A stretch of DNA of 64,000 nucleotides, from positions 64,001-128,000 of IMG/VR virus record IMGVR_UViG_3300037258_000514. One strand, written 5' to 3'. Origin of the DNA: a virus. Below the pieces are notes generated by a model that made no database searches, was not told the DNA's origin, and was given only the letters and a program-made list of their open reading frames with translations. This document shows positions 20,616 through 28,767 of the stretch, piece after piece. Made by a program: the position numbers and the translations under genes. The first letter of the stretch is position 1. Each line of letters begins with the position of its first letter.

Positions 20616-20690
20616 TGGTAGGCGTAGAGAGAATCGAACTCCCGTAGGACGGTAATCGGCCCGTCTGCTCTGCCCCTGAGCTATACGCCT
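20616..20690 (-). tRNA. tRNA-Ile(GAT), atypical anticodon loop
   Basis: cloverleaf; 8-nt loop GCCGATTA lacking U33/R37. Confidence 0.75.
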
Positions 20691-20848
20691 AAAAAAACTT
20701 ACTTTGTGCAGAACTTCGCATGTTTGGTTCTTTGTTTTTTTGAACGAAATCTATTCCCGCAGAAGCCACAAAGTTGTTTCAGCATGTGACCAGTGCCTGA
20801 TGAGCCTTCACGTACTGCTGTTGGTTTTTTCATTTATTCTCCTAAAAT

Positions 20849-20924
20849 TGGTGCACCCGGAAGGACTCGAACCTCCGATAACTGTCTTGTAAGGGCAGCG
20901 TTTTAGCCGCTAAACTACGGGTGC
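20849..20924 (-). tRNA. tRNA-Val(TAC)
   Basis: cloverleaf, loop CT-TAC-AA, CCA. Confidence 0.9.
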
Positions 20925-21001
20925 ATCTAGGTGCTCACCGCACCTAGACTTTGAACTTAAACATCCCCCAAGGCTTTTATACCTTTATGTTTAAGCTAAA
21001 A

Positions 21002-21096
21002 TGGTAGTGGACCGGGGAATCGAACCCGCGCCGTCGCTCTAATCTGGAGCTCTCCGGTGAGTATAAGGCACCGCCGCACATCCAGTGCTGTCCACC
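21002..21096 (-). tRNA. atypical long-variable-arm tRNA with TAT anticodon (Ile-like)
   Basis: GGTGGAC/GTCCACT acceptor, short D arm, loop CT-TAT-AC, long V arm, ACCA. Confidence 0.7.
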
Positions 21097-21097
21097 A

Positions 21098-21457
21098 TTA
21101 ACTTTCAAAACTTTTCAAATTTGCGTAAACTTCTGCGTCATGCAAACCTTCTGTTGTAAAAGGAAATCTTGCAATCGGACTAAAATCTTTTTCCAAGAAG
21201 TGCGGATCAAGTTTAATTCTGTCTTTAATACGCTCTTTCGTAGAACGATAAACTAAAATCTTCCTGCCATCGTAAGGAGTACAGCCTAAATATCTTGCCT
21301 GTACCACACATATACAGGATAAGCTCTTGATCTCTTTAATGTTGATTATAGAAAAGAGTTCAGGATTAGGATTCGGTGGATCAGTTTTGCCTGCACTACT
21401 ACCAAGTAAATTTATTCCCATTTTAGATATTCTCAAAAATTGGTATTCGCAAATCAC
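21098..21457 (-). CDS. hypothetical protein
   Basis: PNPNP.LF...Y.GC..Y.G.KILVY...LDPHF...SPIARF motif pattern. Confidence 0.6.
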   Translation of the reverse strand: MICEYQFLRISKMGINLLGSSAGKTDPPNPNPELFSIINIKEIKSLSCICVVQARYLGCTPYDGRKILVYRSTKERIKDRIKLDPHFLEKDFSPIARFPFTTEGLHDAEVYANLKSFES

Positions 21458-21794
21458 ATTTAGGATTCATCGAGTACTTTGTTCGGTACCAGTAAACGTA
21501 TGAATGCCATTTCGGATTGTAGTAAGCTTCTTTCTCTTCTTTGTTAAGTAACTTCATAAGAAGCTCAACGTTATCTACTATAATCTCGTCAGGTTGATCT
21601 TGCCAATCAGCCCACAATTTTTGTAATCCATCTTCTATCTCTAGAATTAGATCAGGATATTTTTCCACTAAGTGGAGTTCGACTCCACGTAAGTCTAAAC
21701 GATGTCGCGTTGTTCTGCGCGTATTGTAGTAGTTCTCTTGCTCAGGCGTTAGTTTTGCAATTCCGCACACGTGGCACCCCGGTGATCCGCACAT
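21423..21794 (-). CDS. hypothetical protein
   Basis: 123-aa ORF. Confidence 0.5.
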   Translation of the reverse strand: MCGSPGCHVCGIAKLTPEQENYYNTRRTTRHRLDLRGVELHLVEKYPDLILEIEDGLQKLWADWQDQPDEIIVDNVELLMKLLNKEEKEAYYNPKWHSYVYWYRTKYSMNPKCDLRIPIFENI

Positions 21795-21801
21795 AAAGTT
21801 T

Positions 21802-21875
21802 TGGTGGCTCGTGACAGAATCGAACTGTCGTAGGTTGCTTATGAGACAACTGAACTACCACTGTTCTAACGAGCC
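21802..21875 (-). tRNA. tRNA-Met/Ile2(CAT)
   Basis: cloverleaf, loop CT-CAT-AA, CCA. Confidence 0.85.
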
Positions 21876-21884
21876 TCTAAATTT

Positions 21885-21962
21885 TGGCTGTGGGAGAGGG
21901 ATTCGAACCCCCGACCGTCACCTTAACAGGGTGCCGCTCTTACCGGACTGAGCTATCCCACA
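21885..21962 (-). tRNA. tRNA-Asn(GTT)
   Basis: cloverleaf, loop CT-GTT-AA, GCCA. Confidence 0.9.
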
Positions 21963-22579
21963 AAGTTTTTTGCTACTGCGATCCATTGTTGCGGATCGTT
22001 AAACATTTCTTTCCACTTAATACGCAAAACTTTCCAACCTTTGCTAATTAAGTAAGTATCTTTTCTCTGATCTCTTTCTTTAACTTCAATGTCTTCGTGT
22101 TGCTGGCCATCAATTTCAATTGCAAGCATTTTATTCTTCCAGGCGAAGTCAATTTTAAAAACTCCGGTCTGTAAGTTAAAATCATAATATTTATCTGTAA
22201 ATTCGTTTTCTATAACTTTCATGAAAAATTGTTCAGGATAAGATGGTTCGTTATTCCATTGACAAAATCCAATGTTATGTGCACGACCTTCGGCATGAGC
22301 CACTTTCATTTTTTCTGATAGTAGTTGTTTAGTTTCTTTTGTTTGAACTCTTCCTTGCCTGCCGCGTAATTTATTACTGCAACGTGCCGCGCTTAATGCT
22401 ACTCGAGGATCTTGTTTCGTTAATCCTTTATTCCAAGGAATGTTTCCTTTTGCTGATCCTGCTTTAAATGTTATTCCTGCCCCGTGCATTCTCCAGACGT
22501 GTGAAGCAAGTCCTCTTTCAGGTAATTCTTTTTCGCAATGATTGCATATTACTCGTGTTTTTGAAAGCGTATTATACAT
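21953..22579 (-). CDS. DUF559/Vsr-like homing endonuclease with C2H2 and NUMOD3-like segments
   Basis: CNHC...HVWRMH; PWNKGLTK; KIDFAW...AIEIDGQQH...GWKVLRI; stop lies inside tRNA-Asn. Confidence 0.8.
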   Translation of the reverse strand: MYNTLSKTRVICNHCEKELPERGLASHVWRMHGAGITFKAGSAKGNIPWNKGLTKQDPRVALSAARCSNKLRGRQGRVQTKETKQLLSEKMKVAHAEGRAHNIGFCQWNNEPSYPEQFFMKVIENEFTDKYYDFNLQTGVFKIDFAWKNKMLAIEIDGQQHEDIEVKERDQRKDTYLISKGWKVLRIKWKEMFNDPQQWIAVAKNFVG

Positions 22580-22585
22580 AAAAAC

Positions 22586-22698
22586 TTCTGCAACAGTTAT
22601 CCGCCTTTTACTAGCCACTAGTAGAACTATTGTATTGGAAGTCCGCGGTGCTCCCCTCATTCCTACTAGTGATAGCGAGCTATGAATCTGTTGCAGAA
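22586..22698 (-). ncRNA. putative structured spacer RNA
   Basis: terminal stem TTCTGCAACAG/CTGTTGCAGAA, inner CACTAGTAG/CTACTAGTG, AGCACCGCGGA loop. Confidence 0.55.
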
Positions 22699-22703
22699 AG
22701 TTG

Positions 22704-22946
22704 TTATTCGACTAAGCTAAAGTCGACGTAAAAGCGTTTCTTAGCGTGTAATGCATCCACAAAAATCTTAAATGCATCCGGATTTGTAATCATCATTTGT
22801 ATTGAGCCTGAAGGTGTCCATTTCGACCAATCTGTGTTGTCACCTTCTTTATCATTTCCGGCAGTTAGTTTAACGTTGCCTGAACCTTCCGGAGATTCAT
22901 ATAACTCAACGCCTGTTACTCTAAACTTCGCTCTTACTTGTGCCAT
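22704..22946 (-). CDS. conserved phage hypothetical protein
   Basis: VRAKF...WSKWTPSG.I.M.ITNP...FYVDF. Confidence 0.7.
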   Translation of the reverse strand: MAQVRAKFRVTGVELYESPEGSGNVKLTAGNDKEGDNTDWSKWTPSGSIQMMITNPDAFKIFVDALHAKKRFYVDFSLVE

Positions 22947-23013
22947 TTTATTTCTCGAAGCCGTATAGCTTTATCGGCTAAGAATTTTCTACGGTACTAC
23001 TCTCCGTAAGAAC

Positions 23014-23088
23014 TGGTTGCGGGGGTTGGATTTGCACCAACGTCTGCAGGTTATGAGCCTACCGTATGACCTACGCTACCACCCCGCG
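23014..23088 (-). tRNA. initiator-like tRNA-Met(CAT)
   Basis: C1:A72 mismatch, loop CT-CAT-AA, atypical T loop TGCAAAT. Confidence 0.8.
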
Positions 23089-23557
23089 TCAAACTAATCT
23101 TGTTCCCGCGTTTCCATCCAAGTTCGTAAAACGAATTAAGTTCTGTTAGCCGAACTAACATTGTCTTCTTTTCGCTAACGTTGTAAATCCATCTTTTCCC
23201 GAAGTTTGGGTTTTGTTCTCCTAGTCTCCCATGTAACTGACGAGCTTTTTCTAATCCATGTTTTTCAACAGTTGCTTGCCATAAATTTTTTGTGACTGCT
23301 CCACAAGCAATTGCATCTTGCCTGTTCTCTGATGGTGTTCCCCAATACAAATGAAACGGATTATTGCATTTCTCATTGTGACAGGCATGACAAGCTTGTA
23401 TCCTATGACCTTTTGGAACAGTTGTATTAAGTATGTGTGCAAGCAATCCTCTGCATTGCTCGGAATTACATCCACGTTCAACGCAGAACTCATTTAGTTT
23501 GAGATGAGATTGTCGCTCACTTTTTGTAAGCAAAATATAGTCTTCAATCTTAATCAT
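23051..23557 (-). CDS. His-Me-finger (HNH-type) homing endonuclease, MIxIExYIL family
   Basis: ACHACHNEKCNNPFHLYWGTPSEN; stop lies in the tRNA-Met anticodon loop. Confidence 0.8.
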   Translation of the reverse strand: MIKIEDYILLTKSERQSHLKLNEFCVERGCNSEQCRGLLAHILNTTVPKGHRIQACHACHNEKCNNPFHLYWGTPSENRQDAIACGAVTKNLWQATVEKHGLEKARQLHGRLGEQNPNFGKRWIYNVSEKKTMLVRLTELNSFYELGWKRGNKISLTRGGSVGHTVGS

Positions 23558-24057
23558 GCTCCATCCCTGCGTGATACAACTAAACTTTTGTTTTTCTTTG
23601 CTTCGTTTTTCTTAAACTGTTCTCTTATTGCATTTGCAATATGAGGCAGCGCTGAAAGATCACGTCGACATTCTTCCAAAGAATAGCCAGCTTTCGCTGC
23701 TGCTGCGTCTGCTGTAAAACCTTGTATGTAACAAGTAACAAAATGATGCTCTTTCTTGTTCAACTTCTTCTCTTTTATTTTTCGTTGTTTACCTATTGCT
23801 AAGCAATCATCTACAAATTTGTTAAACTCTCCTTCACGAATTCCGTTGATAAGAGCATCGTATTTCTTGTTCGCTTCTTCATTCATCGCAGCTTGACTAT
23901 CTAAGAAAAGTCTCTGAAGATGAGGGGCCAAAGAAAGATGAAGATCTCTAACAGTTATTTTTAAATTTTGTATTTCAGTAAGTACTTGATCGAGCTTTAC
24001 TTTTTTTGGCTTTGCTTTTGTCTTTTTCTTCATATGGTAAGCATTTATATATACCAA
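23554..24057 (-). CDS. hypothetical protein with terminase-small-subunit-like HTH at the C terminus
   Basis: LNKKEHHFVTCY......AAAKAGYS. Confidence 0.45.
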   Translation of the reverse strand: MVYINAYHMKKKTKAKPKKVKLDQVLTEIQNLKITVRDLHLSLAPHLQRLFLDSQAAMNEEANKKYDALINGIREGEFNKFVDDCLAIGKQRKIKEKKLNKKEHHFVTCYIQGFTADAAAAKAGYSLEECRRDLSALPHIANAIREQFKKNEAKKNKSLVVSRRDGA

Positions 24058-24063
24058 TTACTT

Positions 24064-24372
24064 GTGCCACGTATTCTGTTGACAGGGACGTGGCCTAACC
24101 CCGCTACTTAGCGAACTAAGCAGCAGCAGCTTGCGACATCCATGCGCCCTGAGGGATCATGAAAGGAGCAATCTGAGCAGTTTTGTCTGCATTTACAATT
24201 AGCTTCTCGTTACGGTGAGCAGCTATTTCCGGCGTCGCAAACAATCTACCTTACCTCCGTCGAATCTAATTCATCCCCGTAATTAGCGTCGAGAATGTTT
24301 AGTTGGTGGAGATGGCGGGGTACTGCCCCCCGCGTCCGTCGGTATAGCACATTGTTTGATATACGGCGCACT
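24064..24372 (-). ncRNA. ssrA: two-piece (circularly permuted) tmRNA
   Basis: acceptor piece ...GACGCGGGGGGCAGTACCCCGCCATCTCCACCA (ends 24304) precedes coding piece GGGGATGAATTAGATTCGAC (starts 24278); G3:U70; tag frame 24190-24116 ADKTAQIAPFMIPQGAWMSQAAAA*. Confidence 0.9.
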
Positions 24373-24375
24373 GTC

Positions 24376-24981
24376 TTAAAACTTTAATTTCCTACCTAAT
24401 TGCCAACCCTGTGTAAGATATAGTGCGGTTTCTTCTTTTGCAACAGCTTTTGACTTTTTCTCTTTTGTATTAAAGATCCAGTTTGTTCCAAATCTGTTAT
24501 TTTTGCTTCCCTGTTTTAACATACTCATTAATTCACACGAGCTTTGTTTATGTTTACTCCCCGTCCATTTTCTCTGACCGCGCAAGCTTGCACTCAATGC
24601 AAGTTGTCTGCGAACGTCTGTATTACTATCTAACCAGATACGTAATTTTACGTAAGCTCTTTTCCCTCCAAGAAGTCTATTAAATTTGTTTTGTTTCTCT
24701 ACCCACTCCCATCCGCCCATACCTCCGTTGTTAAGATTATAACATAACGGATTTTCTTTTTCTGCTTCAACAAGTCGAGCCTCGAGCGCAAACATATCTT
24801 CTGCATTGTCGAAATCTGCAAGCACTTCTTTACTAAAATTTACTATGCCATGCTTCTTTATTGCGTACCAGAAAAGTACTCCTGATCCTAAGTAACTATC
24901 ATCAGGCTTTTCTGTTTTATGCGCTCCGATGTAAAACTTGTTATTCACTTTACATGTCGTTTTATAAACTGTATAGTGCAT
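24376..24981 (-). CDS. GIY-YIG (Seg-like) homing endonuclease
   Basis: TVYKTT...FYIGAH...YLGSG...YNL..GG; directly upstream of tmRNA. Confidence 0.85.
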   Translation of the reverse strand: MHYTVYKTTCKVNNKFYIGAHKTEKPDDSYLGSGVLFWYAIKKHGIVNFSKEVLADFDNAEDMFALEARLVEAEKENPLCYNLNNGGMGGWEWVEKQNKFNRLLGGKRAYVKLRIWLDSNTDVRRQLALSASLRGQRKWTGSKHKQSSCELMSMLKQGSKNNRFGTNWIFNTKEKKSKAVAKEETALYLTQGWQLGRKLKF

Positions 24982-25001
24982 AGCAACAAACTTGTTTTAA
25001 A

Positions 25002-25121
25002 TACAGGTAGTCCCACGAACAAGTACTTCGCAAGATTTTAATCCGTTAGTACTCTCGCCTTACTACCTGCATTAGGGCGACCAATAAACCAGCCGCCTCC
25101 ACCATCCAGTCGGACCCTAAT
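25002..25121 (-). ncRNA. putative structured RNA (two long hairpins)
   Basis: ATTAGGG..CGAC/GTCG..CCCTAAT and GCAGGTAGT/ACTACCTGT stems. Confidence 0.45.
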
Positions 25122-25126
25122 ATACG

Positions 25127-25141
25127 CTAGGCCACTCCCCG
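25127..25141 (-). pseudogene. 5' fragment of a tRNA-Pro-like gene
   Basis: CGGGGAG-TGGCCTAG resembles a tRNA-Pro 5' end; no matching 3' half; Pro is the only amino acid missing from the array. Confidence 0.35.
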
Positions 25142-25543
25142 AAACTTTAATCTCCTGTTACTTCCTCTTCTTTTTTTTCGGGCTCTTTAAACTCTGGAGT
25201 AAACTGTGTTTCGTTGTGTTTTAGGTCTGCAATAATTGCAGGCGTTGCATCTGAGTGTTTTACGGGAAGCATTTTACCACACCGTATGCAAGGCGATCCG
25301 GGTTGTTGATCCGGGGCATCATGAGAGCAAGTATCAAGATCAGCCATAGTAATTCTCCTAGTTAAAACTACCACCAGTCCAGTTTTTAATGTAAAAAAGA
25401 ATTGACCTAAAAACTTTTGAAAGAAGAAAGTAATAAAGTAAATACATTACTACGCCATCGTAGAAATAAGCTGAGAGCAGTGCTGCTGTTATATCTGATG
25501 TTGTTCGTTCTAAGAACGTTAATTTTTCCATAGTAGTAAAAAA

Positions 25544-25619
25544 TGGTGGACACTCCCGGAATCGAACCGGATTTTCTAGCTCTTCAGGCAAGCACATTGA
25601 CCTTCAATGTTAAGTGTCC
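25544..25619 (-). tRNA. tRNA-Phe(GAA)
   Basis: cloverleaf, loop CT-GAA-GA, CCA. Confidence 0.85.
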
Positions 25620-25864
25620 ATTTAACTCGCTATAACTTCTTTGACTACATGTCCTATGTGAGCAATACCTTTCGGTACACCACATTCGTTGCACATCCCG
25701 TATTTCTCGGGAAGCGGCTTGTTTGGATTGCAACAGTCGTGTCCACAGCGTTTACAAAATGGACGTTGAAGTCCGTTGTATGTTCGACACTTACAACATC
25801 CCCATCCCGGTAATAGATCTCTTACGTCGAGTAGTAACTGACATTGTTCTGTGTTCATAAAATT

Positions 25865-25943
25865 TGGTGCCCTAGGTGGGATTCGAACCCACAAAATCTT
25901 CTGGGTCTAAGCCAGACGCCTTTTCCGATTTGACCACTAGGGC
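25865..25943 (-). tRNA. tRNA-Leu(TAG), short variable region
   Basis: cloverleaf, loop CT-TAG-AC, CCA. Confidence 0.85.
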
Positions 25944-26399
25944 CTCTTTACTATAAACTCCTTGTTTATGTAGGAGTTTAATAGAATCTGATATTTTTAG
26001 ACACTGTTCTTCAGGTTTTGGCTTTCCTTTATTACCACAACCATTCGTGTTTCCTCTGTGAGCTTGTCTTATTCGTGAAGCTTCTTCGCCATACTTTGCA
26101 ACTGTGTACTGCCAAACTGTTTTGTTATTTCGTCCGCTAGATATAGCATCCATTCTGTTTTCTCTAGGCGTACCCCAGTACACGTGAAATGGATTGCTAC
26201 ATTCTCCATTATGGCAAGCGTGACAAAGTTGAATTTTGTTTCCTCTTGGAATTGATGTATCCAAAATATAAGCTAGTAAGCCTTTTGAATAAACAGAAAC
26301 CCATCCCTCACCGCCACGATAAACACAAGGTTCATTAAGTTTTAAATGACGTTGTCTCTCGGCTTGGGATAGTAGAATATATTCTTCTATTCTAATCAT
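25872..26399 (-). CDS. His-Me-finger homing endonuclease, MIxIExYIL family
   Basis: LCHACHNGECSNPFHVYWGTPREN; frame reads through most of tRNA-Leu(TAG). Confidence 0.8.
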   Translation of the reverse strand: MIRIEEYILLSQAERQRHLKLNEPCVYRGGEGWVSVYSKGLLAYILDTSIPRGNKIQLCHACHNGECSNPFHVYWGTPRENRMDAISSGRNNKTVWQYTVAKYGEEASRIRQAHRGNTNGCGNKGKPKPEEQCLKISDSIKLLHKQGVYSKEALVVKSEKASGLDPEDFVGSNPT

Positions 26400-26405
26400 G
26401 CAGGC

Positions 26406-26434
26406 ATTATAAATTAATTTAACGTGTCTACCAA
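26406..26434 (-). promoter_or_regulatory. sigma70-like promoter giving a leaderless endonuclease mRNA
   Basis: TTGGTA-17 nt-TATAAT, ATG 6 nt downstream. Confidence 0.55.
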
Positions 26435-26442
26435 GCATAAAT

Positions 26443-26520
26443 TGGTGCGCAGAGGGAGATTTGAACTCCCAAACAACTGATTCTCAACCAGTTAGGTATG
26501 CCTGTTCCCTTCATCTGCGC
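26443..26520 (-). tRNA. tRNA-Leu(GAG), short variable region
   Basis: cloverleaf, loop TT-GAG-AA, CCA. Confidence 0.85.
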
Positions 26521-26526
26521 AAATTT

Positions 26527-26617
26527 GTTCGGTAAGGTGATTCATGCGCAACAAACCCTCTCTCAAAAGAAGAAAAGCGTGTGCAGGATCTCCCTGTACA
26601 ACACAGCCTTACCGAAT
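26527..26617 (-). ncRNA. putative structured spacer RNA
   Basis: terminal stem TTCGGTAAGG/CCTTACCGAA filling the Tyr-Leu spacer; inner hairpins. Confidence 0.5.
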
Positions 26618-26618
26618 A

Positions 26619-26705
26619 TGGTGCATTGGGTTGGACTCGAACCAACGTAGCCACTATGGGCAACTGGGTTACAGCCAGTCTGTTTTGCCGCTCACACACC
26701 AATGC
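26619..26705 (-). tRNA. tRNA-Tyr(GTA)
   Basis: cloverleaf with V arm, loop CT-GTA-AC, CCA. Confidence 0.9.
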
Positions 26706-26709
26706 GAAA

Positions 26710-26925
26710 CTACTTAAAAAGTTCTTCGTAAGCTTGTATCATCGTAGTATACTTATTCAGAGGATGTTCATCTGTCCACTCAACTTCACAAACTTCCGTT
26801 TTCATTACTTTCGGCATAATACAACGGTTTGGGTAGTGAGTGTTTTCTATTACGCTTTCTATTTCTTCTGGCGAAAGCTTATCATGATTAACAATGAGTA
26901 TTTCTACTTTGTATACTGTAGTCAT
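26710..26925 (-). CDS. hypothetical protein
   Basis: 71-aa ORF, ..VEWTDEHPLN motif. Confidence 0.55.
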   Translation of the reverse strand: MTTVYKVEILIVNHDKLSPEEIESVIENTHYPNRCIMPKVMKTEVCEVEWTDEHPLNKYTTMIQAYEELFK

Positions 26926-26929
26926 AATC

Positions 26930-27021
26930 TGGAAGAGGGTAACGGAATTGAACCGTCTGTCTGCAATAGCAGCGCAGGTCCTGGGTTCGAGCCAAGTTGC
27001 CCACCATGAGCACTACCCTCT
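26930..27021 (-). tRNA. atypical tRNA-Ser(CGA)
   Basis: AGAGGGT/ACCCTCT acceptor, compact D arm, loop CT-CGA-AC, long V arm, TCCA. Confidence 0.75.
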
Positions 27022-27109
27022 GGCGGTGAGAGCGAGAGTCGAACTCGCGCGTCCCTTGCGGGTACTCCTGCTTTCCAGACAGGTGCTTTTACCATTCAGC
27101 CATCTCACC
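27021..27109 (-). tRNA. tRNA-Ser(GGA)
   Basis: cloverleaf with V arm, loop CT-GGA-AA, GCCA. Confidence 0.9.
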
Positions 27110-27110
27110 T

Positions 27111-27659
27111 CTAAACTTGAGTATTTCTATCGCGTTTGTATTTTCCTTGCGCGTGTAATTCTTTAACAGCTGATGAGATCAACGCGTTCGTGCAACTAGC
27201 CCTTCCGCGCTGCCAATCAGGATAGTTGTTAATTTCTTCTTTTAAAATAAGTTTTTCACTTATTCCATTTGTAATCCAAATCTTTCCAAAAATAACTTGA
27301 CTTGCTTTTTGAATGTTTATCAAAGCATTTTGTCTTGCTAACGTTCGTGCTTTTTCTTCTCCATGTTTCGCTATTGATTTTTCCCAAATATTATGCTGGC
27401 TCCCGGCTTGTTTTGCGTCGTAAAAATTTTCGGTAGGCGTGCCCCAGTATAAGTGAAAAGGATTACTACATTTGTCATTATTACAAGCATGGCAAAGATA
27501 AATTGTATGTTTACTGGGAACTGTTGTATCAAGAATGTATGCGAGTAATCCTTTACACTCCGTTGAGTTACATCCTCTTTCTTCACACAGACTAGAAAGT
27601 TCAAGATGTGCCTGACGATCTACTTTTGTCTTTAAGATATACTCTTCTATTTTAATCAT
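27111..27659 (-). CDS. His-Me-finger homing endonuclease, MIxIExYIL family
   Basis: LCHACNNDKCSNPFHLYWGTPTEN; WITNG...WQRGR C-terminal module; ends 1 nt before tRNA-Ser(GGA). Confidence 0.8.
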   Translation of the reverse strand: MIKIEEYILKTKVDRQAHLELSSLCEERGCNSTECKGLLAYILDTTVPSKHTIYLCHACNNDKCSNPFHLYWGTPTENFYDAKQAGSQHNIWEKSIAKHGEEKARTLARQNALINIQKASQVIFGKIWITNGISEKLILKEEINNYPDWQRGRASCTNALISSAVKELHAQGKYKRDRNTQV

Positions 27660-27666
27660 AAGAAAT

Positions 27667-27761
27667 TGGAGGAGGGCCGGAGAGTTGAACTCCGTTATGC
27701 CAGGTGCTCTGACATTCGCCAGTTTTCAAAACTGGTGGCTGGACCGTGCGCCACGCCCTCC
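27667..27761 (-). tRNA. atypical tRNA-Ser(TGA)
   Basis: GGAGGGC/GCCCTCC, loop TT-TGA-AA, long V arm, unusual D arm, TCCA. Confidence 0.75.
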
Positions 27762-27938
27762 TAATATCGTGTACTAAACGTTAACTTTTTAATTTGTGCG
27801 CGTCTCATAATGTAGTTCTTTAAGAATGCAGCCTGACGAATTTTTCCTTCTTCAACGGCACGAATAGAAAAGTTGATCATTAGCTCAAAGAAACGTTCTT
27901 GCTGCTTGCGTAGTTCATTCAAACTAGGCATAAGATTA

Positions 27939-28029
27939 TGGCGGAGGGTACAGGATTTGAACCTGTGGAACGTTTATAGTTCACTTCTTTAGCAAAGAAG
28001 CGCGATAAGCCGGACTCTGCCAACCCTCC
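27939..28029 (-). tRNA. tRNA-Ser(GCT)
   Basis: cloverleaf with V arm, loop TT-GCT-AA, GCCA. Confidence 0.9.
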
Positions 28030-28196
28030 GAAAACTATAACGCACAGGCTGGACTGTGCCCGCCTGTGCGCTTCTTCCTTTTAGTTTACATTTTGCATTT
28101 CCTCTGTTTATCTTTAACATTTCTAAACAGTGTCAATAGTTTCATCTATATCATATATGATAAGATTTTTGTTGTTATACTCCCTGCATCTGCAAA

Positions 28197-28307
28197 TGCA
28201 ATGGTACTGGAATATAACTCTCATCCTAGGTGCTTGAGTCGGAATACTGAATAAAAACAGGTCCTATCTTATCGTTCGCCGTCCTAGGTGCTCCGGCGCG
28301 TACTGCA
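28197..28307 (-). ncRNA. putative structured RNA with two AGCACCTAGGA hairpins
   Basis: hairpins at 28220-28238 and 28277-28298 enclosed by TGCAGTAC/GTAC..TGCA. Confidence 0.5.
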
Positions 28308-28398
28308 ATCTTGATTGTATTTTTAAGTTTTATCTGTTATTCTGTAGATGTTTTTTCAAGTTTTCATTATTTTGGTCCCCCTACCTCATTTATACCAA

Positions 28399-28672
28399 TT
28401 ACCTGTTTACCTTCCAAATGTTTCTAGCTACTTCTGCTTTGTGCCAAGCTTTAAATGTCGGTGTTTCGATTAGCTTTAAGAAAGCCTCTTTGCGATTAAA
28501 GATGTTGGTCACGACCATCGCGGTGCTCGGCTCGTGCTCCAGAAGCTAGATGAATCAATCTAACTCCATTTTGTTTAGCGTTCCTGCGTTGTCCGCCCTT
28601 ACCACCTGTGCAGAACGTTTGAATTTCAAAATCGTTCTTTGTTACACTAAACAACAACACTTTATTTTCCAT
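28399..28672 (-). CDS. GGQ peptidyl-tRNA hydrolase / release-factor-like protein (ArfB/RF-1 domain) split by a +1 frameshift
   Basis: AAGGAG RBS; MENKVLLFSVTKNDFEIQTFCTGGKGGQRRNAKQNGVRLIHLASGARAEHRDGRDQHL, then CTT-TAA; the +1 frame continues NRKEAFLKL... Confidence 0.75.
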
Positions 28673-28689
28673 GTTGTTCTCCTTGAAAC

Positions 28690-28767
28690 TGGTAGGCGCG
28701 GAGGGATTCGAACCCCCAATTGATGCTGCTTTTGAGGCAACCGCTTTGCCAAGTTAGCTACGTGCGG
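28690..28767 (-). tRNA. tRNA-Leu(CAA) with mismatched acceptor stem (possible pseudo-tRNA)
   Basis: loop CT-CAA-AA; T arm and ACCA intact; 5' CCGCACG vs 3' CGCGCCT gives three mismatches. Confidence 0.7.

Noticed and set aside
20926-20948. TCTAGGTGC/GCACCTAGA inverted repeat containing most of the loop motif
   Set aside because: The motif is base-paired in a stem and ends AGAT, so it was not counted as a copy.
28510-28536. AGCACCGCGA hairpin resembling the repeated loop motif
   Set aside because: Lies in the coding frame of the GGQ gene (AEHRDGRD) and is not a full palindrome; likely coincidence.
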